Positions 1 through 10,780 of a DNA stretch of 64,000 nucleotides are shown piece after piece (position 1 is the stretch's first letter; each line of letters starts with the position of its first letter). A model generated the notes under the pieces. That model did not search any database, was not told the DNA's origin, and was given only the letters and a program-made list of their open reading frames with translations. The stretch is from contig NC_091288.1 of the NCBI RefSeq assembly GCF_032444005.1, positions 212,536,001 through 212,600,000 on the forward strand, given 5' to 3'. Both the position numbers and the translations under genes were made by a program. The DNA comes from Ranitomeya imitator (taxonomy: Eukaryota).

Positions 1-3000
1 GGGAAAAAAAGAGATTGACTGACAGTACACTGGTAATTGAAATGTGAAGGTTGAAGGGTGGAGTTGGGTATTACTCAGGGAACGCACTGGGAGAGCTGGT
101 GCGGCGGTGAAATATGAGGGAGGAAGGGTGTGCAGCGTACTAAAAAGTTTATTTAGTTTCTTGCAGTTGTAATATAATACAGGTTTAATTATACTGTTCT
201 TCTAAGAATTGCGCCGAATTCTGTTATAAACGGTAGCGGGAGGCGGAAAGAGAAGGTTTAGCAAGAGTGTTTGCAACGGGTGATGGTGCCCCACTCTTGA
301 TAAGAGGCAGAATGTATAGTATTGGGGGGTGTGGGGGAGGGGGGGGAGGGGTGAGGGTGGGGAGGGAAGTTAGACAGCTCAGAACCGGGAGTATTGACAT
401 AACTAAGGATGATGAGTCACATAATAGGGGACCGCTTTAAGATATTGAGCTGGAATGTGAGAGGCCTGGCGGATAAGTCTAGGAGAGCTGCGAGCTTGCA
501 GTATGCGAAGGATCAACGGGCTTCTATGATATGCTTGCTAGAGACGCACTTGATACAGGAGAAAGTGGACGTACTGAATAGACGTTGGATACAGAAAGGG
601 TATCGCTCTACCTTCTCGACGTACTCAAGAGGTGTGTCAGTGTTGGTGCCGGTGGGAGTGCAGTATGAAGAGGTGAAAGTATGCGTGGATGCTGAGGGTC
701 AGTATGTGGTGATACAATGTATATTGTATGGAGTGAGATTGTGTGTGGCGGCAATGTATATTCCACCTCCATATTCAAGTAAGAAGATCAGGGAGGTATT
801 GGAGAGGGTGGAACGATGGGAACCACTGCCAATCTTAATTATTGGGGATTTGAACAATATATGCGATGACTTTTGGGATAAAAATAAGAACACCCAGAAT
901 AGGTCGGAGGGGCACACTACAACATTTGGAACCTATGTGCGTGAATTAGGCATGATTGATCTATGGAGAGTCAGACATGTTGGGGAGAGAGGGTACTCGT
1001 GCTATTCGCCGGCTCATGCTACGCTATCCAGAATTGATATGGCGCTGGGTAACCGCCTGTTGGACACAATGGTGGGGGAGGTGCGTTATCTGCCGAGGGC
1101 CCTTTCGGATCATAGTCCAATTGAGGTGGAGGTTAGGTTGTTGGGGACACGGACCGCAAGCGGGAGAGAATGGAAGATCCATCCTAACTGGTTACAGAGT
1201 ATTGACTTGGACGGTATAGGGAAGGAGGTGACGGAATTCTTTGCGTTAAATGATGGGAGTACTGATGCTCTGACTGTTTGGGATGCAATGAAAGCGTACC
1301 TGAGAGGGCTACTTTTTAGAGACATTAGTAGGTGTAAGAGGAGGACAAGGGAAGCGGAGAGAGTGGCATTGGAAGAGTTGAAAGCCGCGGAGGACGAGAT
1401 GGTAGTACTGGGGACCTCCGAGGCAGAGAAATGGTTGAGAACAGCGCAAAATTGTATGGAAAAGATTCTGCTGGGAAAAGCTGAAAGGAAGCGGGAGTTT
1501 CAGAGGGTGGCTTATTTTCAGGAGGGAGAAACAGTGGGACACATGCTATCGGTGGTAGCCGCGGCTCAGCGTAGTACCTCATATGTACACTCGTTGGTTT
1601 CGGATGGGGGGAGCAGGGTATCTGAAACACCTGATATTATAAAGGTCTTTGCGGACTTTTACGCGGACTTATATTCCTCCAGGGTCAATGAGTCAGCCGG
1701 AGATACGGAGACTTTCCTTGAGAGTCTGGGTCTTCCGAAATTGAGTGAGGAGGATAGGGTGAGCCTCGATGCCCCTATCACCGAGGAGGAACTGAGTCGG
1801 GCGCTGAAGTCTATGGCCAATGGGAAGGCACCTGGGGTTGATGGGTTACCAGCCGAAATCTATAAAAGTTTGGAGGAAGTGTTGATTCCCAGATTAAAGT
1901 TAGTACTGGAGGAGGCTGGATGTAAAGGGTATCTCCCAGCATCTATGAGGGAGGCTATTATAGTGGTTATTCCGAAGGAGGATAAGGATCTGGGGAAGCC
2001 TGAGTCATATCGGCCAATCTCTCTGTTAACCATCGATGTCAAGCTCTTGGCCAAGGTGTTAGCTACCCGTCTGTCTAGTGTCATTACTAACCTTGTACAT
2101 CCGGATCAGTCCGGCTTTATGCCTGACAGGTCTACAGCGGTTAATCTGCGGAGGCTGCATATGAACCTACAGCTGAAGTCTGACAATTGTGGCCGAAGGG
2201 TTATTGCATCCTTGGATGCCCATAAGGCGTTTGACAGTGTGGAGTGGGGATATCTCTGGCGGGTGTTGAAATGTATGGGTATTGGCCCGCAATTTGTGGC
2301 GTGGACTCAACTGTTATATTCACTACCAACAGCTAGAATTAGAGTGAATGGGGAACTTTCTCAGCCTATAAAGCTGGCCAGAGGTACGAGGCAGGGATGC
2401 CCACTGTCGCCCCTTCTGTTTGCCCTAGCTGTGGAGCCACTGGCCGCTAAGATCCGACAATCGGATGAGGTCCCTGGATTCAGATATGGGAGTGTGGAGG
2501 AGAAGATTGCATTATATGCAGATGACATCTTACTGTTCCTGGCGGACCCGGATGAAGCCTTGAATGGGGCTATCGAGATCGTTGGGAAATTTGGAGACTT
2601 ATCGGGATTGAGGATAAACTGGGATAAATCGGTCCTCTTTGAGGTGGATGGGGTGGAGGAGAGCAGAAGTGAGCCATTGGGAGAGGGGCGGCTTAGGGTA
2701 GTATCCCTTTTCAGATACCTGGGAATATGGATCTCGATGCCAGTTACAGAGTTTCTGTATAGGAATTTGACACCTCTCGTGGGCGCCCTTAAAGCAAAAG
2801 TGGATGCATGGAATAAATTGCACTTATCGGTGGTGGGGAGGGTTAATCTAATTAAAATGGTTCTGATGCCCAAATTACTCTACGTCCTACATAACGCGCC
2901 AGTTTGGATTCCACGTGGGAAATTCCGGCAGATTAATGCTCTATTTAGAAGTCTGATATGGGGGAGGCGGTGCCCACGTATTCGCCTGGAGACGCTTCAG

Positions 3001-4444
3001 CGACCCAAGGAAGATGGAGGATTGGCTTTACCCAATCCTGAGTTATACTTTCTTGCAGCCCAGAGCCAACATTTGAAGGGCTGGGCACGGGAGGTGTCCT
3101 CCAGTGCGGTACAGCACTTGATGGAGAGGGTGACAGACCGACGACCGGTAGCGCAGTGTCTGGAGGATGGTTCCTTGGGAGTATTGGGGAAATTATACCC
3201 AACTATGTTTTTGATATATAAATTATGGACCAGACTGCGACAGATTCGGGGGGTTACGGGGCTGACTAAATTTACACCGATATGGTTTAATAATAATTTG
3301 GTTGAGTTTGCGGCCCTTGGAGTGCTGACGGAGTGGAGGGCCAAAGGAATCCACTTGGTGGCTCAGATAATTCAACAACAAGGATTAAAGTCCTTTTCGC
3401 AGCTGCAAGGGGAGTTTGGACTGAGACCGACTGGGGAGTATCAATATGCTCAGATGAAACATGCTTTTAAAGCTCAAAACAGGGGCGGTGGTGTTGAGAT
3501 CCAAGAGGACATAGTTCTGGAATACGTGTGTGGGGAAGGGTCCACAAGGGGAGTCATTACCACCCTTTATAAGGACCTTCTACATGCATATTTGTTAGAC
3601 TTCCCTTTAAAAGCGAGAGCGAAATGGGAAAGAGATTTAGGCCCAATGGAGGATGAAACCTGGGAGTCGGTGTTGGAGTCGGTTCCACGAGTGTCGCTGA
3701 GCGAGCCGTATAGACTATCGCAGCTGTACATCTTGCACAGAGTCTATAAATCACCGGAAGTGTTGTGCAGAGCGGGGTTGCGTGCGGACTCTGAATGCCC
3801 GAGATGCAGGACTGAGAATGCAGGAATATATCACATGATGTGGACATGTCCAAGACTGGTTGCTTTCTGGTTGGTGGTAATGAGCCGTGTGGAAGGGGCG
3901 TATAAATGCAGAGTGCCGAGAGATCCGATAGTGTGTATACTAGGATATGTAGAGGAAATTAGAGTGGATAACATCTGGAAGATAGCAATAGCTAGGCTAT
4001 TATACATGGCAAGGAAGGTAATAGCAAGGAACTGGATCAAGGAGGAACCGCCTACGAGGGGTGAATTCCTGAATTATGTTAAACATGGTCTCAATCTGGA
4101 AAAGGGGGTCTATAAAAGACGTGGGAAAATAGAAACGTTTGACAAAATGTGGTCTCCGTGGCTCGAGCTGGGATGAGTAGTTATGGGAAATGGGAGAGTG
4201 AGAGCCTCTGAAAGGAAGAGAGTGCTAGAGGAACAAGCGGACATAAGTGAGTCAAATGGCTCAAGGAACCATCAATACTGGTAACAAAAGTATAACTGGG
4301 AAGGAGCTGTCAGGGGAGGGGGAGGTTTGGGTATGGTTGGGATTGTTGGGGGTTTGGAAAATGTTAAAATTTTTGTAAAATACTGGACAGTGCATAAATT
4401 GTATTGTGCATGTTTGCTTTCAATAAAAAAACTATTTAAACAAA
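1..4444 (+). mobile_element. L1-clade non-LTR retrotransposon (inter-ORF spacer, ORF2, 3' UTR; 5' end/ORF1 outside window), antisense inside a UBN1 intron
   Basis: Intact ORF2 at 409-4176, followed by a G-rich 3' UTR, AATAAA at 4422-4427 and a short A-rich tail ending near 4444. The TSD cannot be checked because the 5' end is outside the window. Confidence 0.92.
409..4176 (+). CDS. L1 ORF2p: APE endonuclease + reverse transcriptase + C-terminal CCHC knuckle
   Basis: Uninterrupted 1255-aa ORF. APE motifs SWNVRGL, GDLNN, SRID and SDHSP; RT motifs YRPISLL, GTRQGCPLSPLLF, YADD and YLGI; C-terminal CPRC-x7-H-x4-C. Confidence 0.96.
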   Translation: MMSHIIGDRFKILSWNVRGLADKSRRAASLQYAKDQRASMICLLETHLIQEKVDVLNRRWIQKGYRSTFSTYSRGVSVLVPVGVQYEEVKVCVDAEGQYVVIQCILYGVRLCVAAMYIPPPYSSKKIREVLERVERWEPLPILIIGDLNNICDDFWDKNKNTQNRSEGHTTTFGTYVRELGMIDLWRVRHVGERGYSCYSPAHATLSRIDMALGNRLLDTMVGEVRYLPRALSDHSPIEVEVRLLGTRTASGREWKIHPNWLQSIDLDGIGKEVTEFFALNDGSTDALTVWDAMKAYLRGLLFRDISRCKRRTREAERVALEELKAAEDEMVVLGTSEAEKWLRTAQNCMEKILLGKAERKREFQRVAYFQEGETVGHMLSVVAAAQRSTSYVHSLVSDGGSRVSETPDIIKVFADFYADLYSSRVNESAGDTETFLESLGLPKLSEEDRVSLDAPITEEELSRALKSMANGKAPGVDGLPAEIYKSLEEVLIPRLKLVLEEAGCKGYLPASMREAIIVVIPKEDKDLGKPESYRPISLLTIDVKLLAKVLATRLSSVITNLVHPDQSGFMPDRSTAVNLRRLHMNLQLKSDNCGRRVIASLDAHKAFDSVEWGYLWRVLKCMGIGPQFVAWTQLLYSLPTARIRVNGELSQPIKLARGTRQGCPLSPLLFALAVEPLAAKIRQSDEVPGFRYGSVEEKIALYADDILLFLADPDEALNGAIEIVGKFGDLSGLRINWDKSVLFEVDGVEESRSEPLGEGRLRVVSLFRYLGIWISMPVTEFLYRNLTPLVGALKAKVDAWNKLHLSVVGRVNLIKMVLMPKLLYVLHNAPVWIPRGKFRQINALFRSLIWGRRCPRIRLETLQRPKEDGGLALPNPELYFLAAQSQHLKGWAREVSSSAVQHLMERVTDRRPVAQCLEDGSLGVLGKLYPTMFLIYKLWTRLRQIRGVTGLTKFTPIWFNNNLVEFAALGVLTEWRAKGIHLVAQIIQQQGLKSFSQLQGEFGLRPTGEYQYAQMKHAFKAQNRGGGVEIQEDIVLEYVCGEGSTRGVITTLYKDLLHAYLLDFPLKARAKWERDLGPMEDETWESVLESVPRVSLSEPYRLSQLYILHRVYKSPEVLCRAGLRADSECPRCRTENAGIYHMMWTCPRLVAFWLVVMSRVEGAYKCRVPRDPIVCILGYVEEIRVDNIWKIAIARLLYMARKVIARNWIKEEPPTRGEFLNYVKHGLNLEKGVYKRRGKIETFDKMWSPWLELG

Positions 4445-4562
4445 GGCAACATGCAGCAATAGGGTACAGCGCGGGCATCGGAGGCTCCCATATCAGTCAC
4501 ATTAAAGGGCCGCACACTGCTCAATCTGCACAACACTTAGCGCTCAGGGGCTGACGACCTAC

Positions 4563-7291
4563 CGCCTCAGAGTTGTCGATGAAGGAGTCGGACTCGTCGT
4601 ACCCGTAACCCATGTCAACGAGATCCTGCGCGCGGTCCCTGCGTCGCTTCTGCTTTCCCTGCAGATACATGAGAGGACAATGCGGTGGTCCGATACAGCA
4701 AGGACGTCTCCCCGGAGGACCGAAACACAGACCACCGGACCGCATCAGCTTTACTTATGTCACAGAATCAACAAAGCACGAGGAACAGCCGACACTTACA
4801 TATCTCTCCTCAAACTTCTTGGATAAAGCTTCAACTTCCTTCCTCTGAGCGTCTTCGTCAGTGAAAGGATCCAACTGCTTCTTTAGACTCTGAAAATAAA
4901 AAGGAAACAGAAAATATTACTGGGGTCTGAGCAAAATATACACAGGGTACACACAGTACTGATCCCGAATTACATCCTGTATTATACTCCAGAGCTGTAT
5001 TCACTATTCTGCTGGTGCAGTCACTGTGTACATACATTACATTACTGATCCTGAGTTACATCCTATATTATACTCCAGAGCTGTATTCACTATTCTGCTG
5101 GTGCAGTCACTGTGTACATACATTACATTACTGATCCTGAGTTACATCCTGTATTATACTCCAGAGCTGCACTCACTATTCTGCTGGTGCAGTCACTGTG
5201 TACATACATTACATTACTGATCCTGAGTTACATCCTGTATTATACCCCAGAGCTGCACTCACTATTCTACTGGTGCAGTCACTGTGTACATACATTACAT
5301 TACTGATCCTGAGTTACCTCATGTATTATACCCCAGAGCTGCACTCACTATTCTGCCGGTGCAGTCACTATGTACATACATTACATTACTGATCCTGAGT
5401 TACATCCTGTATTATACTCCAGAGCTGCACTCACTATTCTGCTGGTGCAGTCACTGTGTACATACATTACATTACTGATCCTGAGTTACCTCATGTATTA
5501 TACCCCAGAGCTGCACTCACTATTCTGCTGGTGCAGTCACTGTGTACATACATTACAGTACTGATCCTGAGTTACATCCTGTATTATACCCCAGAGCTGC
5601 ACTCACTATTCTGCTGGTGCAGTCACTGTGTACATACATTACAGTACTGATCCCGAATTACCTCCTGTATTATACCCCAGAGCTGCACTCACTATTCTGC
5701 TGGTGCAGTCTCTGTGTACATACATTACATTACTGATCCTGAGTTACATCCTGTATTATACTCCAGAGCTGCACTCACTATTCTGCTGGTGCAGTCACTG
5801 TGTACATACATTACATTACATCATGTATTATACCCCAGAGCTGCACTCACTATTCTGCTGGTGCAATCACTGTGTGCATACATTACTGATCCTGAGTTAC
5901 CTCCTGTATTATACTCCAGAGCTGCACTCACTTTTCTGCTGGTGCAGTCACTGTGTACATACATTACTGATCCTGAGTTACCTCCTGTATTATACTCCAG
6001 AGCTGCACTCACTATTCTGCTGGTGCAGTCACTGTGTACATACATTACTGATCCTGAGTTACATCCTGTATTATACTCCAGAGCTGCACTCACTATTCTG
6101 CTAGTGCAGTCACTGTGTACATACATTACATTACTGATCCTGAGTTACATCCTGTATTATACTCCAGAGCTGCACTCACTATTCTGCTGGTGCAGTCACT
6201 GTGTACATACATTACTGATCCGTAGTTACATCCTGCATTATACCCCAGAGCTGCACTCACTATTCTGCTGGTGCAGTCACTATGTACATACATTACATTA
6301 CTGATCCTGAGTTACATCCTGTATTATACTCCAGAGCTGCACTCACTATTCTGCTGGTGCAGTCACTGTGTACATACATTACATTACTGATCCGTAGTTA
6401 CATCCTGCATTATACCCCAGAGCTGCACTCACTATTCTGCTGGTGCAGTCACTATGCACATACATTACATTACTGATCCTGAGTTACCTCCTGTATTATA
6501 CCCCAGAGCTGCACTCACTATTCTGCTGGTGCAGTCACTGTGTACATACATACATTACTGATCCTGAGTTACATCCTGTATTATACTCCAGAGCTGCACT
6601 CACTGTTCTGCTGGTGCAGTCACTGTGTACATACATTACTGATCCTGAGTTACCTCCTGTATTATACCCCAGAGCTGCACTCACTATTCTGCTGGTGCAG
6701 TCACTGTGTACATACATTACATTACTGATCCTGGGTTACATCCTGTATTATACTCCAGAGCTGCACTCACTATTCTGCTGGTGCAGTCACTGTGTACATA
6801 CATTACATTACTGATCCTGAGCTACATCCTGTATTATACTCCAGAGCTGCACTCACTATTCTGCTGGTGCAGTCACTGTGTACATACATTACATTACTGA
6901 TCCTGAGTTACATCCTGTATTATACCCCAGAGCTGCACTCACTATTCTGCTGGTGCAGTCACTGTGTACATACATTACATTACTGATCCTGAGTTACACC
7001 CTGTATTATACCCCCAGAGCAGCGCTCACTATTCTGCTGGTGCAGTCACTGTGGACATTATTCTCTCACCTTCTCCGGATGCTTCTTCTCGCTCCTCCGC
7101 AGGTTTCGTAGCAATTCTGGATAGAAAAACTCCGGACACTTCTTCTGATCCGGCTGGAAGAGCGTCAGTGCGATGCGGACGGTTGCGGCCACTGAGGTCT
7201 CCGGGTCCTGGTCGTCGCTGCGAGGCTTCTTGGGTGCAGGCGGCTGTGTGGGCACATTGGAGGAGAGCTGCACCCTCCGGGGCTCGGCCAT
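4563..7291 (-). CDS. UBN1: Ubinuclein-1 (HIRA complex subunit), first three coding exons; gene continues left beyond the window
   Basis: Minus-strand exons 7291-7070 ([11 protein letters not shown]...[23 protein letters not shown]...EK), 4889-4800 ([30 protein letters not shown]) and 4658-4563 ([32 protein letters not shown], start of the Hpc2-related domain). All are phase 0 with GT-AG junctions. Head-to-head position with GLYR1 matches human synteny. Confidence 0.93.
4957..7053. repeat. 86-bp tandem repeat, about 24 copies, in a UBN1 intron
   Basis: Unit TACATTACATTACTGATCCTGAGTTACATCCTGTATTATACTCCAGAGCTGCACTCACTATTCTGCTGGTGCAGTCACTGTGTACA; overlapping near-identical 64-aa ORFs recur every 86 nt. 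Confidence 0.95.
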
Positions 7292-8130
7292 GGTCTCCGC
7301 GCAGTTATGACGAGGGGCTCAGCTGATAGGTGCCATCGTCTGGGTGTAATCAGATGGATTCTTCAGTTTCGGCCCCGGGGGCACAGCACGCCTGCTCCGC
7401 GGACTGCAGCTCCTCTATCCGGAGGCTTTATACAGGAGGCTGCACCGGGCCGACAGAATCTGCTCTTCTCTCATTACTGCGGCTGGCAGGGGAATAATCA
7501 CAGCGTCAGATTCTGGGGAGCAGAACGTCAGGCTCTGCTCTGTCCATCCTCCATGGTTTACAGCTCTACTCCTCCAGACTGGCTATTAAAGGGGTTGACA
7601 AGCAAGGGGCTGCAGCACTCTACGGGGAGCCGAGGCTGCAGCGCTCTGCGGGGAGCCGAGGCTCAGCGCCACTCTTATTCTGCACTGATACATTGTAACA
7701 AAGTATCAGGACAGTTCACAAAGGATTGAAGAGTGGGCGCTACTGAAACAAACACTCCGCTGCAATCAGTATTAGGCCGCAGCAGGTTTTCAGCCTTCAT
7801 GATCCCTTTACTGACAGCAAACAGAGATCTTGAAAATGGGGAAGAATTAAAACTAATAAGGTAAAAATAGCGGCAGAAGATGAGGATTGAGGATTCGGCC
7901 TCACTGATAATCGGGCACTCACAGCCGTGGCATTGCCAGCACGGGGCCCTCCCCATACGCAGCCACATGCCTGGTACCACCGTATGCCCCCTGTATGGAG
8001 GCGACTACTATGGCGCCATTCAGTGATGCTGTGCCCCCCGCACAGGACGTATGGTGCAGATCAGCTGATAAAAGTGTATTATAGGCGCTAACAGGAGGGA
8101 GACGCTACAGTGGGGGGGGGGGGGGGGGGT

Positions 8131-8997
8131 AATAGGGGGGAGACGTTACTGGGGTGGAGTAATAGGGGGGAGACGTTACTGAGGGGGGTAATAGGGGGGA
8201 GACATTACTGGTTACTGGGGGGATAATAGGAGGGAGACATTAGTGGTACTGAGGGGGGTAATTACTGGTTACTGAGGGGGATAATAGAAGGGAGACATTA
8301 CTGAGGGGGGTAATAGGGGGGAGACATTACTGAGGGGGTAATAGGGGGGAGACATTACTGAGGGGGGTAATAGGGGGGAGACATTACTGGTTACTGAGGG
8401 GGGTAATAGAAGGGAGACATTACTGAGGGGGGTAATAGGGGGGAGACATTACTGAGGGGGGTAATAGGGGGAGACATTACTGGTTACTGAGGGGGGGGTA
8501 ATAGGAGGGAAGACATTGCTGAGGGGGGGTAACCAGCAATAGGGTAATTGCTGGTTACTGAGGGGGGTAATAGAAGGGAGACATTACTGGTTACTGAGGG
8601 GGGTAATAGGAGGGAGACATTACTGGTTACTGAGGGGGGTAATAGGAGGGAGACATTACTGGTTACTGAGGGGGGTAATAGGAGGGAGACATTACTGGTT
8701 ACTGAGGGGGGTAATAGGGGGGAGACGTTACTGGTTACTGAGGGGGGTAATAGGAGGGAGACGTTACTGGTTATTGAGGGGGGTAATAGGAGGGAGACAT
8801 TACTGGTTATTGAGGGGGGTAATAGGAGGGAGACATTACTGGTTACTGAGGGGGGTAATAGGAGGGAGACATTACTGGTTACTGAGGGGGGTAATAGGGG
8901 GGAGACATTACTGGTTACTGAGGGGGGTAATAGGAGGGAGACGTTACTGGTTATTGAGGGGGGTAATAGGAGGGAGACATTACTGGTTATTGAGGGG
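8131..8997. repeat. G-rich 36-bp minisatellite (resumes at 10132-10284 after the palindromic insert)
   Basis: Unit GGTTACTGAGGGGGGTAATAGGAGGGAGACATTACT (12-aa repeat VTEGGNRRETLL in the ORF track). Confidence 0.9.
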
Positions 8998-9496
8998 TAA
9001 ACACACAGGGCCTGCCAGATGATATTACCAGACCACAGACAATGTATAGTTCAAAAAAATATATATTTTATTTATACAAAAAGGAATAAAAACATCCATA
9101 TAATACAATCTCATAAATGTGGAAAAAATTCCTCCGCACCAATGTCTGGTTTAAAGTGCGGTGCATATAAGCTAAACAACAACCCCTCTTGGGTACTGTA
9201 TGGTAAATATAAATAACTTTATTCCTGGTTGTTGTTACTTGGAGGCAAATCTCTAGGTCCGCCTGAAGCAATATATTCAGTCAATTGGTATATCAATGTA
9301 TTAGCACAATTTACTTGAGCGCCAGCCCATAAGCTTATATGGACTTAATAATACGTCAAGATTTGCTGCCATAATAAAGCCTCCATGTACCACTAATGAC
9401 TAAAAATGTAGGCCATGCTAGCATATATTCAGATGACTAAGATGTAAAATAGAAGACCATAATTACCTCTATGCACACACACGAGACCAGCTTATA

Positions 9497-9533
9497 CCCC
9501 TACGCGCGTTTCGATATGTTCTTCCTCTGGGGG
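9497..9533 (-). ncRNA. Mirror copy of the minimal hammerhead-like motif (sense strand for UBN1 pre-mRNA)
   Basis: Reverse complement of 9546-9582 within the palindrome. Confidence 0.6.
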
Positions 9534-9545
9534 CGTGTACACACG

Positions 9546-9582
9546 CCCCCAGAGGAAGAACATATCGAAACGCGCGTAGGGG
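9546..9582 (+). ncRNA. Minimal type-I hammerhead ribozyme-like motif (core variant CAGAGGA)
   Basis: CCCC (stem I) - CAGAGGA - AGAACATATC - GAAA - C GCGC G (palindromic stem III) - TA - GGGG (stem I'). Predicted GUA cleavage triplet at 9576-9578. The core differs from CUGANGA at position U4. Confidence 0.6.
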
Positions 9583-10287
9583 TATAAGCTGGTCTCGTGT
9601 GTGTGCATAGAGGTAATTATGGTCTTCTATTTTACATCTTAGTCATCTGAATATATGCTAGCATGGCCTACATTTTTAGTCATTAGTGGTACATGGAGGC
9701 TTTATTATGGCAGCAAATCTTGACGTATTATTAAGTCCATATAAGCTTATGGGCTGGCGCTCAAGTAAATTGTGCTAATACATTGATATACCAATTGACT
9801 GAATATATTGCTTCAGGCGGACCTAGAGATTTGCCTCCAAGTAACAACAACCAGGAATAAAGTTATTTATATTTACCATACAGTACCCAAGAGGGGTTGT
9901 TGTTTAGCTTATATGCACCGCACTTTAAACCAGACATTGGTGCGGAGGAATTTTTTCCACATTTATGAGATTGTATTATATGGATGTTTTTATTCCTTTT
10001 TGTATAAATAAAATATATATTTTTTTGAACTATACATTGTCTGTGGTCTGGTAATATCATCTGGCAGGCCCTGTGTGTTTATCATTGTGCTCAATGTGTT
10101 CTGTTAATTAATTGGACTAATATGTATAAATGGTTATTGAGGGGGTAATAGGAGGGAGACATTACTGGTTACTGAGGGGGGTAATAGGAGGGAGACATTA
10201 CTGGTTACTGAGGGGGGTAATAGGGGGGAGACATTACTGGTTACTGAGGGGGTAATAGGAGGGAGACGTTACCGAGGAGGGGTGTAA

Positions 10288-10777
10288 GGCTACTTTCACA
10301 CATCAGGTTTTGAGTGTCAGGCTAAATCTGGCGAATGTTGGAAAAACTGGATCCGGTGCAGATTGTGAAAAACTGATGCAACGGATCCGTTTTTTGACGG
10401 ATCCGGCTAGCCTATCTAGATTATTGGATAAAAAAAATTTTGGAGCATGCTCGGTTTAAAAAACGGGATCAGGCCGCTGGATCTGCCTTTTTCCGGATCC
10501 GGCATCTTCCGGCTCCCATTCTTGCAAACAGCCGGAAGCGCTTTTTCGCCGGAGACAAAAAACATTGCTATGGACGTTTTTTCAAGAAACCGGAAGCGTC
10601 AGATTTGCCGGTTCCGGCGAAAACCAGACAAAACGCAATGTCATCCGATGCAATCCGGCACTAATACAAGTCTATGGGAAAAATACCTGATACGGCAGCA
10701 ACATTCGCCTGATCCGTTTTTTTTGAAAATTAGCCAGATTTAGCCTGACACTGAAAACCTGATGTGTGAAAGTAGCC
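10288..10777. mobile_element. Non-autonomous DNA transposon (MITE), PIF/Harbinger-like
   Basis: TIRs GGCTACTTTCACACATCAGG... / ...CCTGATGTGTGAAAGTAGCC with extended subterminal inverted similarity. 3-bp TSD TAA (10285-10287) / CAA (10778-10780); removal restores the host repeat GGTGTAATATGGGGG. Confidence 0.8.
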
Positions 10778-10780
10778 CAA

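Larger units (their letters stand above)
8998..10131. mobile_element. Palindromic insertion (541-bp inverted arms, 2-nt spacer, about 50-nt extra right tail); probable Penelope-like pLTR/retrozyme inverted pair
   Basis: Positions i and 19079-i are complementary at the ends (8998/10081), at the centre and in every block I compared; identical ORFs occur on opposite strands (9019-9216+ / 9863-10060-; 9068-9271- / 9808-10011+). The minisatellite continues on both sides. The palindrome is directly seen; the Penelope assignment is inferred from the hammerhead-like motif. Confidence 0.6.

Noticed and set aside
7483-7484. Exact acceptor of the UBN1 ATG-containing exon
   Set aside because: CCTGCCAG is a plausible acceptor on the minus strand but cannot be confirmed without transcripts, so the 5' UTR is not annotated.
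9019-10060. Duplicated 65- and 67-aa ORFs as small genes
   Set aside because: They are mirror products of the palindrome, AT-rich and without recognisable motifs.
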